IMG/VR virus record: IMGVR_UViG_3300035670_010555
Span: 32,001-96,000 of that record
Direction: 5' to 3' (one strand)
From: a virus
Length of the DNA: 64,000 nucleotides
Below are positions 44,314-54,820 of the stretch, one piece after another (within the stretch, counting starts at the first letter, position 1; each line of letters begins with the position of its first letter). Made by a program: the position numbers and the translations under genes. The notes below the pieces were generated by a model. The model searched no databases. It was given only the letters and a program-made list of their open reading frames with translations, and was not told where the DNA came from.

Positions 44314-45935
44314 TAACTGTAGGATATTCGACTAGAGAATCTAAACCTGAATTTATAGAGTATCTTAGAAAAAGTTCGGGGTTCAAAAAACTCGAAGTCA
44401 TTGAAAAAGTAAATGACGGTAAAAAGTCTCTTGCTCAAGTTTATAATGAAATACTATCTGAGTCAAAAACCGACATAGTTCTTCTTTGTCACGATGACAT
44501 TTATTTTGACACCCCCGCTTGGTACAGTAAACTCCTTAAACATTTCGAAAAAACTGATTTCGGGATTATAGGAATGGCTGGGACAACATCGATGCCTGCA
44601 GGTGGAATGTGGTGGGAAAATAGGAAAAGAATGGTTGGTATTGTTAATCATGAAAAGGATGGAAAAAAATGGGAATCAAAGTATGCGGATGCTGTTGGTA
44701 ATACGGTTCATGAAACGGTTATTGTAGATGGTTTATTTATTGCCGTACATAAAAAAAGAATTAAGAGGTCATTCAATGAAGAGTTTAATGGGTTTCACTT
44801 CTATGACATTCCATTCTGTTTCGAAAATCATTTGGAAGGTGTGAAAGTTGGCGTTATCACTAATATTAGAATGACTCACAAGTCAATTGGAGAAACTAAT
44901 GAACAATGGGAAGAGAACCGTAAAATCTTTGCGGAAAAGTACAAATCTTATCTACCACTTAAATTACCTATCGACTCAAACAAAAGACTTAAAGTTTTAA
45001 TCAGTTGTTTGTTCTTTAGAACATTCACAGGTTCAGAATTATATGTTTATGAGTTGGCTAAAAACTTAATGAAACAAAACTGCGATGTGACAGTAGTATC
45101 ACAAATTGGAGGTCCACTAACTGACTTGGCGAAAAAACAAGGTATCAAATGTGTTCCATTTGAGCAAGCACCAGGTTTCAAATTAGGTGACGGTAAATGG
45201 GGAGTTCAAACTGAGAATGGGATACAAACATCCCAACCGAATGTCATGTATCGTATAGGTCAAGTTAATTTTGATATTATTCATATGCAACATAAACCTG
45301 TTGCAGAAAGAATGATTCAGTTTTATCCTGAAATAGATAAGATATATTCAATACACTCTGAAGTGATAGAATTGGAAGACCCAATCAAACATGAATCGAT
45401 TAAGAAATACATCGCTATCAGACCTGAAATAAAAGAACATATTGTTGATAAGTTTGAAATCGACGAAAATATGGTTGAAGTAATATATAATCCTGTAGAT
45501 AAAGAAAAATTCAAATCCAAATCAGTAAAGGAAGAGAACTATGTGTTATTTGTTGGAACAATAGATTATCTACGCAAAGAAACAATTATGGATTTAATTG
45601 ACTATACCGTAGATAATGGTAAAGAACTTTGGTTAGTCGGTGAAGACAAGTCAAACTATCTTCCACAAATATTAACCAATTCTCACGTTAAACATTTTCC
45701 TCCAACATGGAATGTTGAGTCATATGTTCAAAAATGTTCCGAAACTGCGGGTATTCAATTAGGCCGTACAACTATAGAAGGATGGATGTGCGGAAAACCA
45801 AGTTGGATTTACAAAGTTGATTCGGGAGGATTTATTCTTTCCAAAGAAAAGTTTAATCCTCCATCAGATATAGAAAAATATTATTCTGTAAATGTTGCAA
45901 CACAAATAATAGGAGAATATAAAAAAGTATTATAA
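44310..45935 (+). CDS. Bifunctional GT-A (GT2-like) plus GT-B (GT4-like) glycosyltransferase
   Basis: LCHDD, VDGLF, FHFYD; then TGSELYVYELA...GRTTIEGWMCGKP. Confidence 0.75.
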   Translation: MITVGYSTRESKPEFIEYLRKSSGFKKLEVIEKVNDGKKSLAQVYNEILSESKTDIVLLCHDDIYFDTPAWYSKLLKHFEKTDFGIIGMAGTTSMPAGGMWWENRKRMVGIVNHEKDGKKWESKYADAVGNTVHETVIVDGLFIAVHKKRIKRSFNEEFNGFHFYDIPFCFENHLEGVKVGVITNIRMTHKSIGETNEQWEENRKIFAEKYKSYLPLKLPIDSNKRLKVLISCLFFRTFTGSELYVYELAKNLMKQNCDVTVVSQIGGPLTDLAKKQGIKCVPFEQAPGFKLGDGKWGVQTENGIQTSQPNVMYRIGQVNFDIIHMQHKPVAERMIQFYPEIDKIYSIHSEVIELEDPIKHESIKKYIAIRPEIKEHIVDKFEIDENMVEVIYNPVDKEKFKSKSVKEENYVLFVGTIDYLRKETIMDLIDYTVDNGKELWLVGEDKSNYLPQILTNSHVKHFPPTWNVESYVQKCSETAGIQLGRTTIEGWMCGKPSWIYKVDSGGFILSKEKFNPPSDIEKYYSVNVATQIIGEYKKVL

Positions 45936-47092
45936 TGAAAATAGGTATCATAGGAGCCGGAAGATTAGGTCTTTCATTTGCTCTTTTGTGTAAAAAGGCG
46001 GGATATGATGTAATTGTTTCAGATAAACGTGAAGACTATGTTTATAATTTGAATCAGAATATTTGTAAAACAAATGAACCATTGATTCAAAAAATGTTGT
46101 TTGAACTTAATAGTTTTAGCGCAACTACAAACAATGTTGAAATTATTGAAAATTCCGACATTATATTCACCTTTGTTTCAACTCCTTCCACTACTGAAGG
46201 GAATTATGATACTTCCGCAATCTTCGAAGTTGCAAACGATTTTTTTGAAGCATCCAAATTAGATATTTCAATCTTCAATAAAAAATTTGTTATTGGTAGT
46301 ACAACAAATCCTGGTGATGTTGAACAAATTCAAAATAAACTTTCTATGTTTAGCATTCAAGTATCTTATAACCCACAGACTGTTGAGGATGGGGAAATGA
46401 TTAAAGGAATTCAAGAATCAGATATAATTTTGATTGGGACCGAATATCAAGAGTTAGGAAATGAATTAGTTCAAATTTATAGTCAAATTCAAACTACTCC
46501 TGTCAATGCTCATATTATGTCTTCAAAAGCTGTTGAGATTACCAAACTCGGTATCAATAGTTTTATTACAAATAAAATGACTTTTGCAAATATGATGGGG
46601 GATATCTTAACAAAGTCAAATTTATTAAATGAAGTTGATTCTGTTTTGAATGCAATCGGAGGAGATAGTCGAATTGGAAAAAAACATATGAAATACGGGT
46701 TTGGATTCGGGGGGGAATATCTACCAAAAGACAATCGAACTTTAAGTCATTATGTTAATGAACTTGATTTGAAACAAAATCTACCTTTAACAGTTGACGA
46801 ATTTAATAATGAACATTCTAATTTTCTCAAAAACTTTTTCATTCAAAAAAATCCTGACAAAAGTATTCCATTTGTTATGAACTATCTAACACATAGAAAA
46901 GGAACGGATATTTTGGAAGAGTCACAACAATTAAAATTGTGTTTGGCTTTACTGGAAGAGGGATATTACTTAAATGTAATTGAGTCGGATTCTATCATAA
47001 AACAATTATTATATTTAGGAGAACAATTCGATGGAAAATTGAAATTTTATAAACAAGGGGCTTTTCCTGAAGGATATGTAATAAACTTATGA
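45935..47092 (+). CDS. UDP-glucose/GDP-mannose 6-dehydrogenase homolog lacking the catalytic Cys
   Basis: GAGRLG, VSTP, STTNPG, EITKLGIN, DSRIG, GFGFGGEYLPKD (canonical GGxC(F/L)PKD). Confidence 0.8.
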   Translation: MKIGIIGAGRLGLSFALLCKKAGYDVIVSDKREDYVYNLNQNICKTNEPLIQKMLFELNSFSATTNNVEIIENSDIIFTFVSTPSTTEGNYDTSAIFEVANDFFEASKLDISIFNKKFVIGSTTNPGDVEQIQNKLSMFSIQVSYNPQTVEDGEMIKGIQESDIILIGTEYQELGNELVQIYSQIQTTPVNAHIMSSKAVEITKLGINSFITNKMTFANMMGDILTKSNLLNEVDSVLNAIGGDSRIGKKHMKYGFGFGGEYLPKDNRTLSHYVNELDLKQNLPLTVDEFNNEHSNFLKNFFIQKNPDKSIPFVMNYLTHRKGTDILEESQQLKLCLALLEEGYYLNVIESDSIIKQLLYLGEQFDGKLKFYKQGAFPEGYVINL

Positions 47093-47820
47093 TAATAAAT
47101 TTTGTTGTTTGCGTTTGGAATGCAGAAAAATATATTAAAAATTGTATTAGAACTTTGAAGTCTCAGCAAGATAAAGACTTCAAAGTTTTTATTATTGATG
47201 ACATGTCTACAGATAATACAGTAGAAATTACTAAATCACTTATTGAGGGTGATGAAAGATTTAATTTAATCATCAACACCGAAAAAAAATTTAAGCTAAA
47301 AAATTTAGATGAATTAATTCCAACATTTGATGATGACGATATTGTTATTGAATTAGATGGTGACGATTTTTTACTAAACACAGATGTCGTATCAGACATT
47401 AGGAGAATCTATTCAGATGGAAAAGTTTGGTTGACTAATGGTTCATTTATGTATTCAAGTGGTAATCAAGGATTCTCAACTAAATGCAATCCTGAAACTA
47501 TTCGAAAAGATGTTTTTACATTTTCCCACTTACGTACTTGGAAATCTTTTTTATGGAAATCAATTCCGAAAGACTATCTCAAAGATGATGATGGAGAATA
47601 TTTCAAATCCGCAGCAGATGTCGCATATACGTTTTCACTTTTAGAATTAGCGGGAGAAGAGAATTATAGATTTTTACCTAAACTATATTACGTTTATAAC
47701 GAACAATCGCCGTACAACGACCATAAACCAGGAAGTGCCACTGGTGGAGGACATCGAGAACAAGAAAGATGTTCAAACATAATACGTAATAAACCAAAAT
47801 TAAAAAAATTAATTAGATGA
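47089..47820 (+). CDS. GT2 glycosyltransferase
   Basis: VWNAEKYI, IDDMSTDNT, LDGDD. Confidence 0.85.
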   Translation: MIINFVVCVWNAEKYIKNCIRTLKSQQDKDFKVFIIDDMSTDNTVEITKSLIEGDERFNLIINTEKKFKLKNLDELIPTFDDDDIVIELDGDDFLLNTDVVSDIRRIYSDGKVWLTNGSFMYSSGNQGFSTKCNPETIRKDVFTFSHLRTWKSFLWKSIPKDYLKDDDGEYFKSAADVAYTFSLLELAGEENYRFLPKLYYVYNEQSPYNDHKPGSATGGGHREQERCSNIIRNKPKLKKLIR

Positions 47821-48635
47821 GTAATTTAATTTCATGTAATTTGATGGGTGGATTGGGAAACCAACTTTTTCAAGCGGCGCACGCTGTCGCTCAAGGAATT
47901 ACACATAATCGGGACGTAGTTTTTGTTCCAAGGTCTTGGACTCCACTACAAGGAAGACAAACTGAAAACTACGTGAATAATATTTTTCGTAATCTTAAAT
48001 TTGTAGATAATATTGATGGGTTTGAAAGAATTGTGGAAGGACCTTGGGAATATAGTGAAGTTCCTGTTAAAGACGGTAATATTGTTTTTGACGGATATTT
48101 TCAAAGTTCGAAAAACTTCAGTCCCCATTTCGATAGAATTCGTAACATTTTTTCCCCCACGGATGAATTTATTTCAGAAATGTTGGAAAAATATCCCGAG
48201 CTAAAACAAGAAAATACAGTTTCACTTCACGTAAGAAAAGGAGATTTCTTAATGAATCCCGATATCCATCCGTCAATTGGCCTTTCATATGTGAAAAGAT
48301 GTTTTGAACTTTTAGGGGAAACAAATCACATATTTGTATTCAGTGACGATAAATCATGGGCGAAAGAAAACCTACAAATGGTTAACTCAACATTTGTGGA
48401 TGAGGAAGATTATAAAGAATTATGGTTAATGTCTTTGTGTAAAAATAACATTATCAGTAATTCATCATTTTCATGGTGGGGTAGTTTTTTGAATAAAAAT
48501 CCTGAAAAGAAAGTTTTTGCGCCTTCAATATGGTTCGGTCCTAGAGGTCCAAGAAATTTCGTGGATATATTCCAACCGGAGTGGACAGTAATAAATGTAG
48601 AATATAAAGACGGTAACTTAGAGTATGTGTCTTAA
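47817..48635 (+). CDS. GT11 alpha-1,2-fucosyltransferase-like
   Basis: GGLGNQLFQ, GYFQS, HVRKGD, FSDD, SNSSFSWWG. Confidence 0.9.
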   Translation: MSNLISCNLMGGLGNQLFQAAHAVAQGITHNRDVVFVPRSWTPLQGRQTENYVNNIFRNLKFVDNIDGFERIVEGPWEYSEVPVKDGNIVFDGYFQSSKNFSPHFDRIRNIFSPTDEFISEMLEKYPELKQENTVSLHVRKGDFLMNPDIHPSIGLSYVKRCFELLGETNHIFVFSDDKSWAKENLQMVNSTFVDEEDYKELWLMSLCKNNIISNSSFSWWGSFLNKNPEKKVFAPSIWFGPRGPRNFVDIFQPEWTVINVEYKDGNLEYVS

Positions 48636-48650
48636 TCTTAGGAAAAAAGT

Positions 48651-49469
48651 ATGGTAAAAATTAACATGTTATCTAGAAACTTTGCACATGACAAAGGTTC
48701 TACCGCAAATAAAGCTCCACAAACAATCGAATGGTGTTTCAATAGTTACGACAATCCAATTTCAGTATATTTGGATAATGATTTATTCAAAGCAATACAA
48801 GACCACAAAAATGATGGTGGGTCTAAGAAAAAATTTCTTTGGATTATAGAATCTCGTAAATTTGATGGAGGTGCTATCGATAGTATTAAAAATAACTTGG
48901 ACGATGTATTAAATACATTTGAACAAATTTGGACTCATAACGATGAGTTATTATCCCTAAACCCAAAATTCAAATGGACACCAGCTTACGGGAGTTACAT
49001 TAAAGACTTCGGAATTCATCCTAAAACTAAGATGGCGTCAATGATTACTTCAGACAAAAGATGGACTCGTCAGCATGAAGTCCGTCATGATTTTGCAATG
49101 CAAAACAAAGATAAAATCGATGTATATGGTAGAGGTATTAATGAAATCCCGAATAAGGAAATTGGATTAAAGGATTATCGTTTCTCATTTGCAGTAGAAA
49201 ATGATACGTACGACACCTACTTCACTGAAAAAATACTTGATTGTTTTGCCACAGGCACTATACCTATTTACATGGGGACTAAAAAAGTTGTGGACTATTT
49301 TAATACCGATGGAATAATCTTTTTTGAGGGTACATTTGACATTTCACAACTTACAGAAGAACTTTATTTGTCAAAAATTGACGCAGTAAAAGATAACTTT
49401 GAAAGAGTACAAAAATATAGTGTTCTTGACGATTGGATTTTTGAAAATTATTTAACTCACTATGTCTAA
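48651..49469 (+). CDS. GT10 alpha-1,3/4-fucosyltransferase-like
   Basis: YRFSFAVEND..DTYFTEKILDCFATGTIPIYMG. Confidence 0.85.
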   Translation: MVKINMLSRNFAHDKGSTANKAPQTIEWCFNSYDNPISVYLDNDLFKAIQDHKNDGGSKKKFLWIIESRKFDGGAIDSIKNNLDDVLNTFEQIWTHNDELLSLNPKFKWTPAYGSYIKDFGIHPKTKMASMITSDKRWTRQHEVRHDFAMQNKDKIDVYGRGINEIPNKEIGLKDYRFSFAVENDTYDTYFTEKILDCFATGTIPIYMGTKKVVDYFNTDGIIFFEGTFDISQLTEELYLSKIDAVKDNFERVQKYSVLDDWIFENYLTHYV

Positions 49470-50172
49470 AACTTGTCTTATAAATCAACCTGCAGGAATT
49501 GGAGATGTTCTTTTTCTTCAAAAGTTTGTTGATTTGAAATTATCTGAAGGATTTGAAGTTATATTCCCCGTTAATCCAAACTTAGTTTTTCTTAACGATT
49601 ATATCAGAAAACCGAAATTAAAATTTGTATCAACTGATAGTGAGTTTGTGTATAAAGGACACTTTCACAATAGTCAAATAATTAAAACACCTGATTTTGA
49701 ATTTTACCCATTTAATATTGCGGATAGATTTATTAACGGATCTTGTATGGAAGCTAAATATTCTTTTGCAGGTTTAGATTATCAAAATTGGCAAGACCAT
49801 TTGACGTGGGAAAGAAACACCGAAAAAGAGAATTATATATTCTATGAGGTTTGCAAATTAAAAGATGGTGATAAATATTCTGTTGTATCAAACACATGGG
49901 GGACATTACCACATTCATCCAAGAGAGACATTCAGACAAACCATAATTACCCAACAATATACGTACAATCAATAGATGGATACACTATATTTGATTGGGT
50001 AAAAGTGTTAGAAAATGCAACTGAAATTTATATGATTGACACATCATTCAATTATCTTATCGAGAAGTTAGATTTGAAAGCAGAAAACTTATATTTGTTT
50101 TCTAGATTTACTCCACCTAATTTTTCACATATTATTAATCTATTCAAAAAAAATTGGATTTTACAAAAATAA
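49462..50172 (+). CDS. Putative GT-B-fold glycosyltransferase
   Basis: GIGDVLF, IFDWVKVLENATEIYMIDTSF; operon context. Confidence 0.45.
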   Translation: MSKTCLINQPAGIGDVLFLQKFVDLKLSEGFEVIFPVNPNLVFLNDYIRKPKLKFVSTDSEFVYKGHFHNSQIIKTPDFEFYPFNIADRFINGSCMEAKYSFAGLDYQNWQDHLTWERNTEKENYIFYEVCKLKDGDKYSVVSNTWGTLPHSSKRDIQTNHNYPTIYVQSIDGYTIFDWVKVLENATEIYMIDTSFNYLIEKLDLKAENLYLFSRFTPPNFSHIINLFKKNWILQK

Positions 50173-50173
50173 A

Positions 50174-51157
50174 ATGAAAAAAAAGTTTTTAATCACAGGA
50201 ATCACGGGTTTTGCAGGTCCTAATTTGGCAAAACTATTATTAAAGGAAGGGCATGAAGTACATGGTGTTATTCGTTGTCCCAACGGTAGACAAACAGATC
50301 TTTTGGACATTTTGACGATGGAAGAATTAGATTCCATAGTTTTTCACAATTTGGATTTAAGAATGTTCAGTAGTGTACAAAGATTGTTTTCGAATAACCA
50401 ATTCAATGGTGTGTTTCATTTGGCTGCACAGTCACATCCACCAACAAGTTTTTTAGACCCAATACTAACGTTCGAAGAAAACGTTTCGGCAAGTATGAAC
50501 ATAATTACATGTTTGGAAAAGACCGAAACCAAATTGATGTTTTGTTCAACATCTGAGGTGTATGGTGATACTTGCAAAGATAGAGGTATTTTGAAGGTTA
50601 CGGACCCACTCACTCCACACAATCCTTACGCAGCATCAAAAGCTGCAATAGATTTATATCTTCAAGAAAGATTTAAGAATGGCTTTGTCAAAGGATTTAT
50701 CACAAGAGCATTTTCACATACTGGTCCTAGAAGAGGGTTTAATTTTTCAATATCCTCAGATGCATATCAAATCGCTAAGATGGTTTTAGGGAAACAAGAA
50801 AAGGTCCTTAGAATCGGAAATCTCAATACTGAGAGAGTTGTTATAGACGTTAGAGATTGTGTAAACGCTTATTATAAGCTAATGATGACTGAAAAATCCA
50901 ATGGAAAAGTTTTTAATATTTGCGGAAAAGATGTTTGTAAAATGCAATATTTTACTGACAAACTAATTGAATCTTCAGGTATCCCGTATGATGAAATCGA
51001 ACAACGGATTGATGAAAAGTTATACCGACCTATTGACATTCAAGTCCAAATTGGTGATTCAACTGAAGTTACAGATATTACAGATTGGAAAATAGAATAT
51101 ACCATAGAACAAACTATGAGTGATTTATTAAATTATTGGATAAACAAATTAAAGTAA
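50174..51157 (+). CDS. GDP-mannose 4,6-dehydratase / GDP-4-keto-6-deoxymannose reductase-like SDR
   Basis: GITGFAG, HLAAQSH, STSEVYG, PYAASK, GNL...DVRD, YRP. Confidence 0.8.
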   Translation: MKKKFLITGITGFAGPNLAKLLLKEGHEVHGVIRCPNGRQTDLLDILTMEELDSIVFHNLDLRMFSSVQRLFSNNQFNGVFHLAAQSHPPTSFLDPILTFEENVSASMNIITCLEKTETKLMFCSTSEVYGDTCKDRGILKVTDPLTPHNPYAASKAAIDLYLQERFKNGFVKGFITRAFSHTGPRRGFNFSISSDAYQIAKMVLGKQEKVLRIGNLNTERVVIDVRDCVNAYYKLMMTEKSNGKVFNICGKDVCKMQYFTDKLIESSGIPYDEIEQRIDEKLYRPIDIQVQIGDSTEVTDITDWKIEYTIEQTMSDLLNYWINKLK

Positions 51158-51158
51158 T

Positions 51159-51542
51159 ATGACACTCATTCCGGTTAGTACAGGTGAATTGATAGACAAA
51201 CTTTCAATACTTTACGTAAAAAAAAATAAAATAACTAACGAGGAAAAATTAGTACTTATAAATAAAGAATTTGAATTACTCTATAATTTATCCTCAGGTT
51301 ATTTGGATTCGAAAGATATCGAAACTTTATATCATCAATTATGTGATATAAATGAAAAACTTTGGAATGTTGAAGATGAATTAAGAATATTAGAAACTAA
51401 AAAATCTTTTAATGATGATTTTGTTGAACTTGCAAGAAAAGTATACTTTACCAACGATGAAAGATTTAGATTAAAAAATAAAATAAACCTTATCACGGAT
51501 TCTGAAATACGTGAAGTAAAAGAATATGTAAAATATCAATAA
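51159..51542 (+). CDS. DUF6165-like protein
   Basis: PVSTGELIDKLSIL, LWNVEDELR, FVELARKVYFTNDERFRLK. Confidence 0.7.
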   Translation: MTLIPVSTGELIDKLSILYVKKNKITNEEKLVLINKEFELLYNLSSGYLDSKDIETLYHQLCDINEKLWNVEDELRILETKKSFNDDFVELARKVYFTNDERFRLKNKINLITDSEIREVKEYVKYQ

Positions 51543-52198
51543 TGAGTTTATTTGGAGCATTTTGGGATAAAGACCCTAATCCTGTTGGTCAAAGTCAATT
51601 CGGTAATAATAAAGGTTTATTTTTTAATCTTAATTGGTATCCAAAAGGGGTATTACACATCGGAGCATGGGATGCTTGGGAAGCAAAACAATACTCACAT
51701 TATTGTGGACCAAATTCAATATTTTTAGAAGCTAATCCAAAATCATATCAAAGGTTCAAAAATGAAATTGAACAATTTGGTCAAAAGATTTTTAATCTTG
51801 CGGCTTGGAATGAGGATGATTTAGAAATGAGCCTTTATTGTCCCCGAAGTAGAGAGGACTCCAGTTCTCTGATTCCACAAGACGGTGATATACTGAAAAC
51901 AAAGACAATAACAATAAAGACATTGTTTGAACGAGAAAATCTAAACTTTTCTGATTATGACTTGTTAAATATTGATACAGAAGGAGCGGAACTCCAAGTT
52001 TTGGAAGGAATCGGTGATAATCTTAAAATGTTCGAATATATTATAATTGAAGTTACTGACTTGGGGTCTGATTTCGACATTAAAGTAAATGATGTTATTT
52101 TATCGAAAGGGTTTACTCACGTCCGAGATAGTGACCATCACAGGAGTTCGATGAATGGAAAAATGTTTTGTGATAAATTGTATAAACGAAATTCATGA
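51542..52198 (+). CDS. FkbM-family methyltransferase
   Basis: LHIGA, LEANP, NIDTEGAELQVLEG. Confidence 0.85.
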   Translation: MSLFGAFWDKDPNPVGQSQFGNNKGLFFNLNWYPKGVLHIGAWDAWEAKQYSHYCGPNSIFLEANPKSYQRFKNEIEQFGQKIFNLAAWNEDDLEMSLYCPRSREDSSSLIPQDGDILKTKTITIKTLFERENLNFSDYDLLNIDTEGAELQVLEGIGDNLKMFEYIIIEVTDLGSDFDIKVNDVILSKGFTHVRDSDHHRSSMNGKMFCDKLYKRNS

Positions 52199-53025
52199 AA
52201 AGTTCAGTAATATTATCATCACGGAACGATAACTATGGGGGTAATCTTCACAAAAGAACAACCATGGCGTTAACCTCATTAATTGAAAACCATGATGAAG
52301 TGATTTTTGTTGATTGGAAAACTGTTAATGGTGATGGAGTTATTTCAAATATCAAACATAATATACCTCACACTAAAAAATTAAAATCCATTCAAGTTTC
52401 TAAAGATTTATTAAAATCAAAATATCCTAATATTGCAAATTATACAATAATTGAATCAATTGGGAGAAATATTGGGGTACGTAGGGCGCAAAATGAATAT
52501 ATAGTGTCAACAAATATAGATATTGTATCAACCCCTTTAGATTTTAATACTTTAGACGTTAATTCATTTTACACAGTATCTAGACGAGATGTTAATGAAT
52601 CCCTTCATCTTTCTTTTGAAAATTACCAATCTCTATATTCTCATTTGATTTCAAACAAAGATTCTTTTTCCCCAAAAGAAAAAATATCCAACGAAAATGA
52701 CCGTTGGTCCTTAATCATTTGCCCAGGTGATTATCAAATTGGACATAGAGATATTTGGTATAAAATGAAAGGGTTTGAGGAGTCCGTTTTGTTTGGATGT
52801 GGGATTGATACAAACGTGATGAAAAAAGCGTCGTGGTATTCAGAACTGAAAGTTTTAGAACATTACATATTTCATCTTAATCATGGAAAACATTCACAAA
52901 GAGATGATGATGAAACCATACCTCCAATGTCAGATCAAAATAGTATAATAAAAGATTTTATTGAAACAACTAATTCTGAAAATTGGGGGATGTTCAATGA
53001 AGATTTACCAATTGAAATAATATGA
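52195..53025 (+). CDS. Putative GT-A glycosyltransferase
   Basis: SRNDNYGG, FVDW, RNIGVRRA, TNIDI, GFEES, FHLNH. Confidence 0.6.
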   Translation: MKSSVILSSRNDNYGGNLHKRTTMALTSLIENHDEVIFVDWKTVNGDGVISNIKHNIPHTKKLKSIQVSKDLLKSKYPNIANYTIIESIGRNIGVRRAQNEYIVSTNIDIVSTPLDFNTLDVNSFYTVSRRDVNESLHLSFENYQSLYSHLISNKDSFSPKEKISNENDRWSLIICPGDYQIGHRDIWYKMKGFEESVLFGCGIDTNVMKKASWYSELKVLEHYIFHLNHGKHSQRDDDETIPPMSDQNSIIKDFIETTNSENWGMFNEDLPIEII

Positions 53026-53660
53026 GTGTATCAAAGTCAATTTTAATTATCGGAGGGTCAGCGGGAGCAAAAATCGCCACAAATATATTTAAGATGACTC
53101 ACCCACATCACATACTATATTATGTTGAATGTTATGCCGATGAAATCCAAACAAACAGATTATATACCACTGTTGAAAAATCTTTAGACCATATCAATGT
53201 TCCGAATGTAGATTATTTCATTGCGACTGGAGATAATGAAAAAAGAAAAGAACATTACAAACTTATTAAAGGGTACACAAAGAAAGAGCCCCTGAACTGT
53301 ATTCATCCAATGGCGGTTGTTGAAACCAAAAGAATCGGTCATGGGAATTTAGTTTGCCCAAAGGCCGTTATCCATATTGATTCGGTAATAGGTAATTGTA
53401 CTATCATTAATACTTCATCAATTATTGAACACGATTGTTATGTGGGAGATTTTTCACAAATTTCTCCGAATACAACAGTTTGCGGATACGTTAAAATTGG
53501 AAATAATTGTTTCATAAGTGCAGGTAGTACAATAATTCCAAAAATTAGTATTGGTGATAATTCGGTGGTAGCCGCAGGATCGGTGGTAATAGATGATATT
53601 CCATCAGACGTAATGGTTGCAGGAGTGCCATCCAAAATCAAGAAACAACTCAAACAATGA
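53022..53660 (+). CDS. NeuD/PglD-like sugar acetyltransferase (hexapeptide repeat)
   Basis: IATGDN..R, IHP, IIEHDC, hexapeptide repeats, VAGVP. Confidence 0.85.
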   Translation: MSVSKSILIIGGSAGAKIATNIFKMTHPHHILYYVECYADEIQTNRLYTTVEKSLDHINVPNVDYFIATGDNEKRKEHYKLIKGYTKKEPLNCIHPMAVVETKRIGHGNLVCPKAVIHIDSVIGNCTIINTSSIIEHDCYVGDFSQISPNTTVCGYVKIGNNCFISAGSTIIPKISIGDNSVVAAGSVVIDDIPSDVMVAGVPSKIKKQLKQ

Positions 53661-54820
53661 AAAACTTTTTAATACCTATTTTCAGATTGAAATTTGATTT
53701 TTTTTCAAAACTAAAATTTTTGAAAGGGTCTTGGGATATACTATCATCAGATAGACCTTTAGGAGAATCAAAATATACAAAACAATTCGAAGACAGATTT
53801 GCTGAAATGAGTAAATCGAAATTTGCGCTTGCATGTTCAAATGGGACTACCGCAATAGAACTGGCTCTCAAATCGTTGGATGTTAAAGGTAAAAAAGTGT
53901 TAATTCCATCAAATACTTTTTTTGCAACAAGCGTTGCGGTTACAAATGCAGGTGCTTCGATTGAATTACTGGACATGGAACCAAAATCGTTTTCAATCGA
54001 TTACAAAGATTTAGAAAGAAAACTCAATCCTGAAATTGGAGCGGTGATTATCGTTCATATAGGAGGTATTATAAGTCACGATATTAAAAAAATTGTGAGT
54101 ATTTGTAAGAAACACAAAGTACCTTTAATTGAGGACGCCGCTCACGCCCACTTTTCATCTAATGGAAAATATCATGCAGGAACTATTGGTGATATCGGTA
54201 CTTTTTCATTTTTTCCCACAAAAGTTATGACTACCGGTGAAGGTGGTATGATAACTACAAACAACAAAAAATATTATGAAAAAATGAAATCATTAAAAAA
54301 TTTCGGAAGAGATATTAATGATGGTGGGATAATTATAAACCCTGAAGGTAATAATTTTAAGATAAATGAATTCACTTCACTTTTAGGTTGTATTGAATTA
54401 GATCGTGTATTGGATAGAATACAAAAAAGAACAACTCTACTTGAAAGATACAAACAAAAATTAAAAAACACAAAGTATCAAGTAATCGGTCAAGATGGAG
54501 AAGGAATTTGCGCGAACTATAAGGCTATTGTTACTACTCCAATCGAAGGAGATTGGCTAAAACAATATTGTAAAGAAAGAAAAATTACTCTTACAGGTGA
54601 AGTATATAAAATTCCGATTCATCATCAACCATTATATAAAAAACAATTTACCTCTGTAAATTTACCAAATACAGATTATTATTGTAAACATCACATTTGT
54701 CCACCATTATATCCTGAATTAACATTGGAAGAGGTTGATTATATTTGTGATGTTCTAAAACAAGCCCACATAGACTATGAAAAACAGAGTAGCAAAGTTA
54801 ACTCAAATTCGAAAAATTGA
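53657..54820 (+). CDS. DegT/DnrJ/EryC1 PLP-dependent sugar aminotransferase
   Basis: SNGTTA, IEDAAHA, FSFFPTKVMTTGEGG. Confidence 0.92.
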   Translation: MKNFLIPIFRLKFDFFSKLKFLKGSWDILSSDRPLGESKYTKQFEDRFAEMSKSKFALACSNGTTAIELALKSLDVKGKKVLIPSNTFFATSVAVTNAGASIELLDMEPKSFSIDYKDLERKLNPEIGAVIIVHIGGIISHDIKKIVSICKKHKVPLIEDAAHAHFSSNGKYHAGTIGDIGTFSFFPTKVMTTGEGGMITTNNKKYYEKMKSLKNFGRDINDGGIIINPEGNNFKINEFTSLLGCIELDRVLDRIQKRTTLLERYKQKLKNTKYQVIGQDGEGICANYKAIVTTPIEGDWLKQYCKERKITLTGEVYKIPIHHQPLYKKQFTSVNLPNTDYYCKHHICPPLYPELTLEEVDYICDVLKQAHIDYEKQSSKVNSNSKN

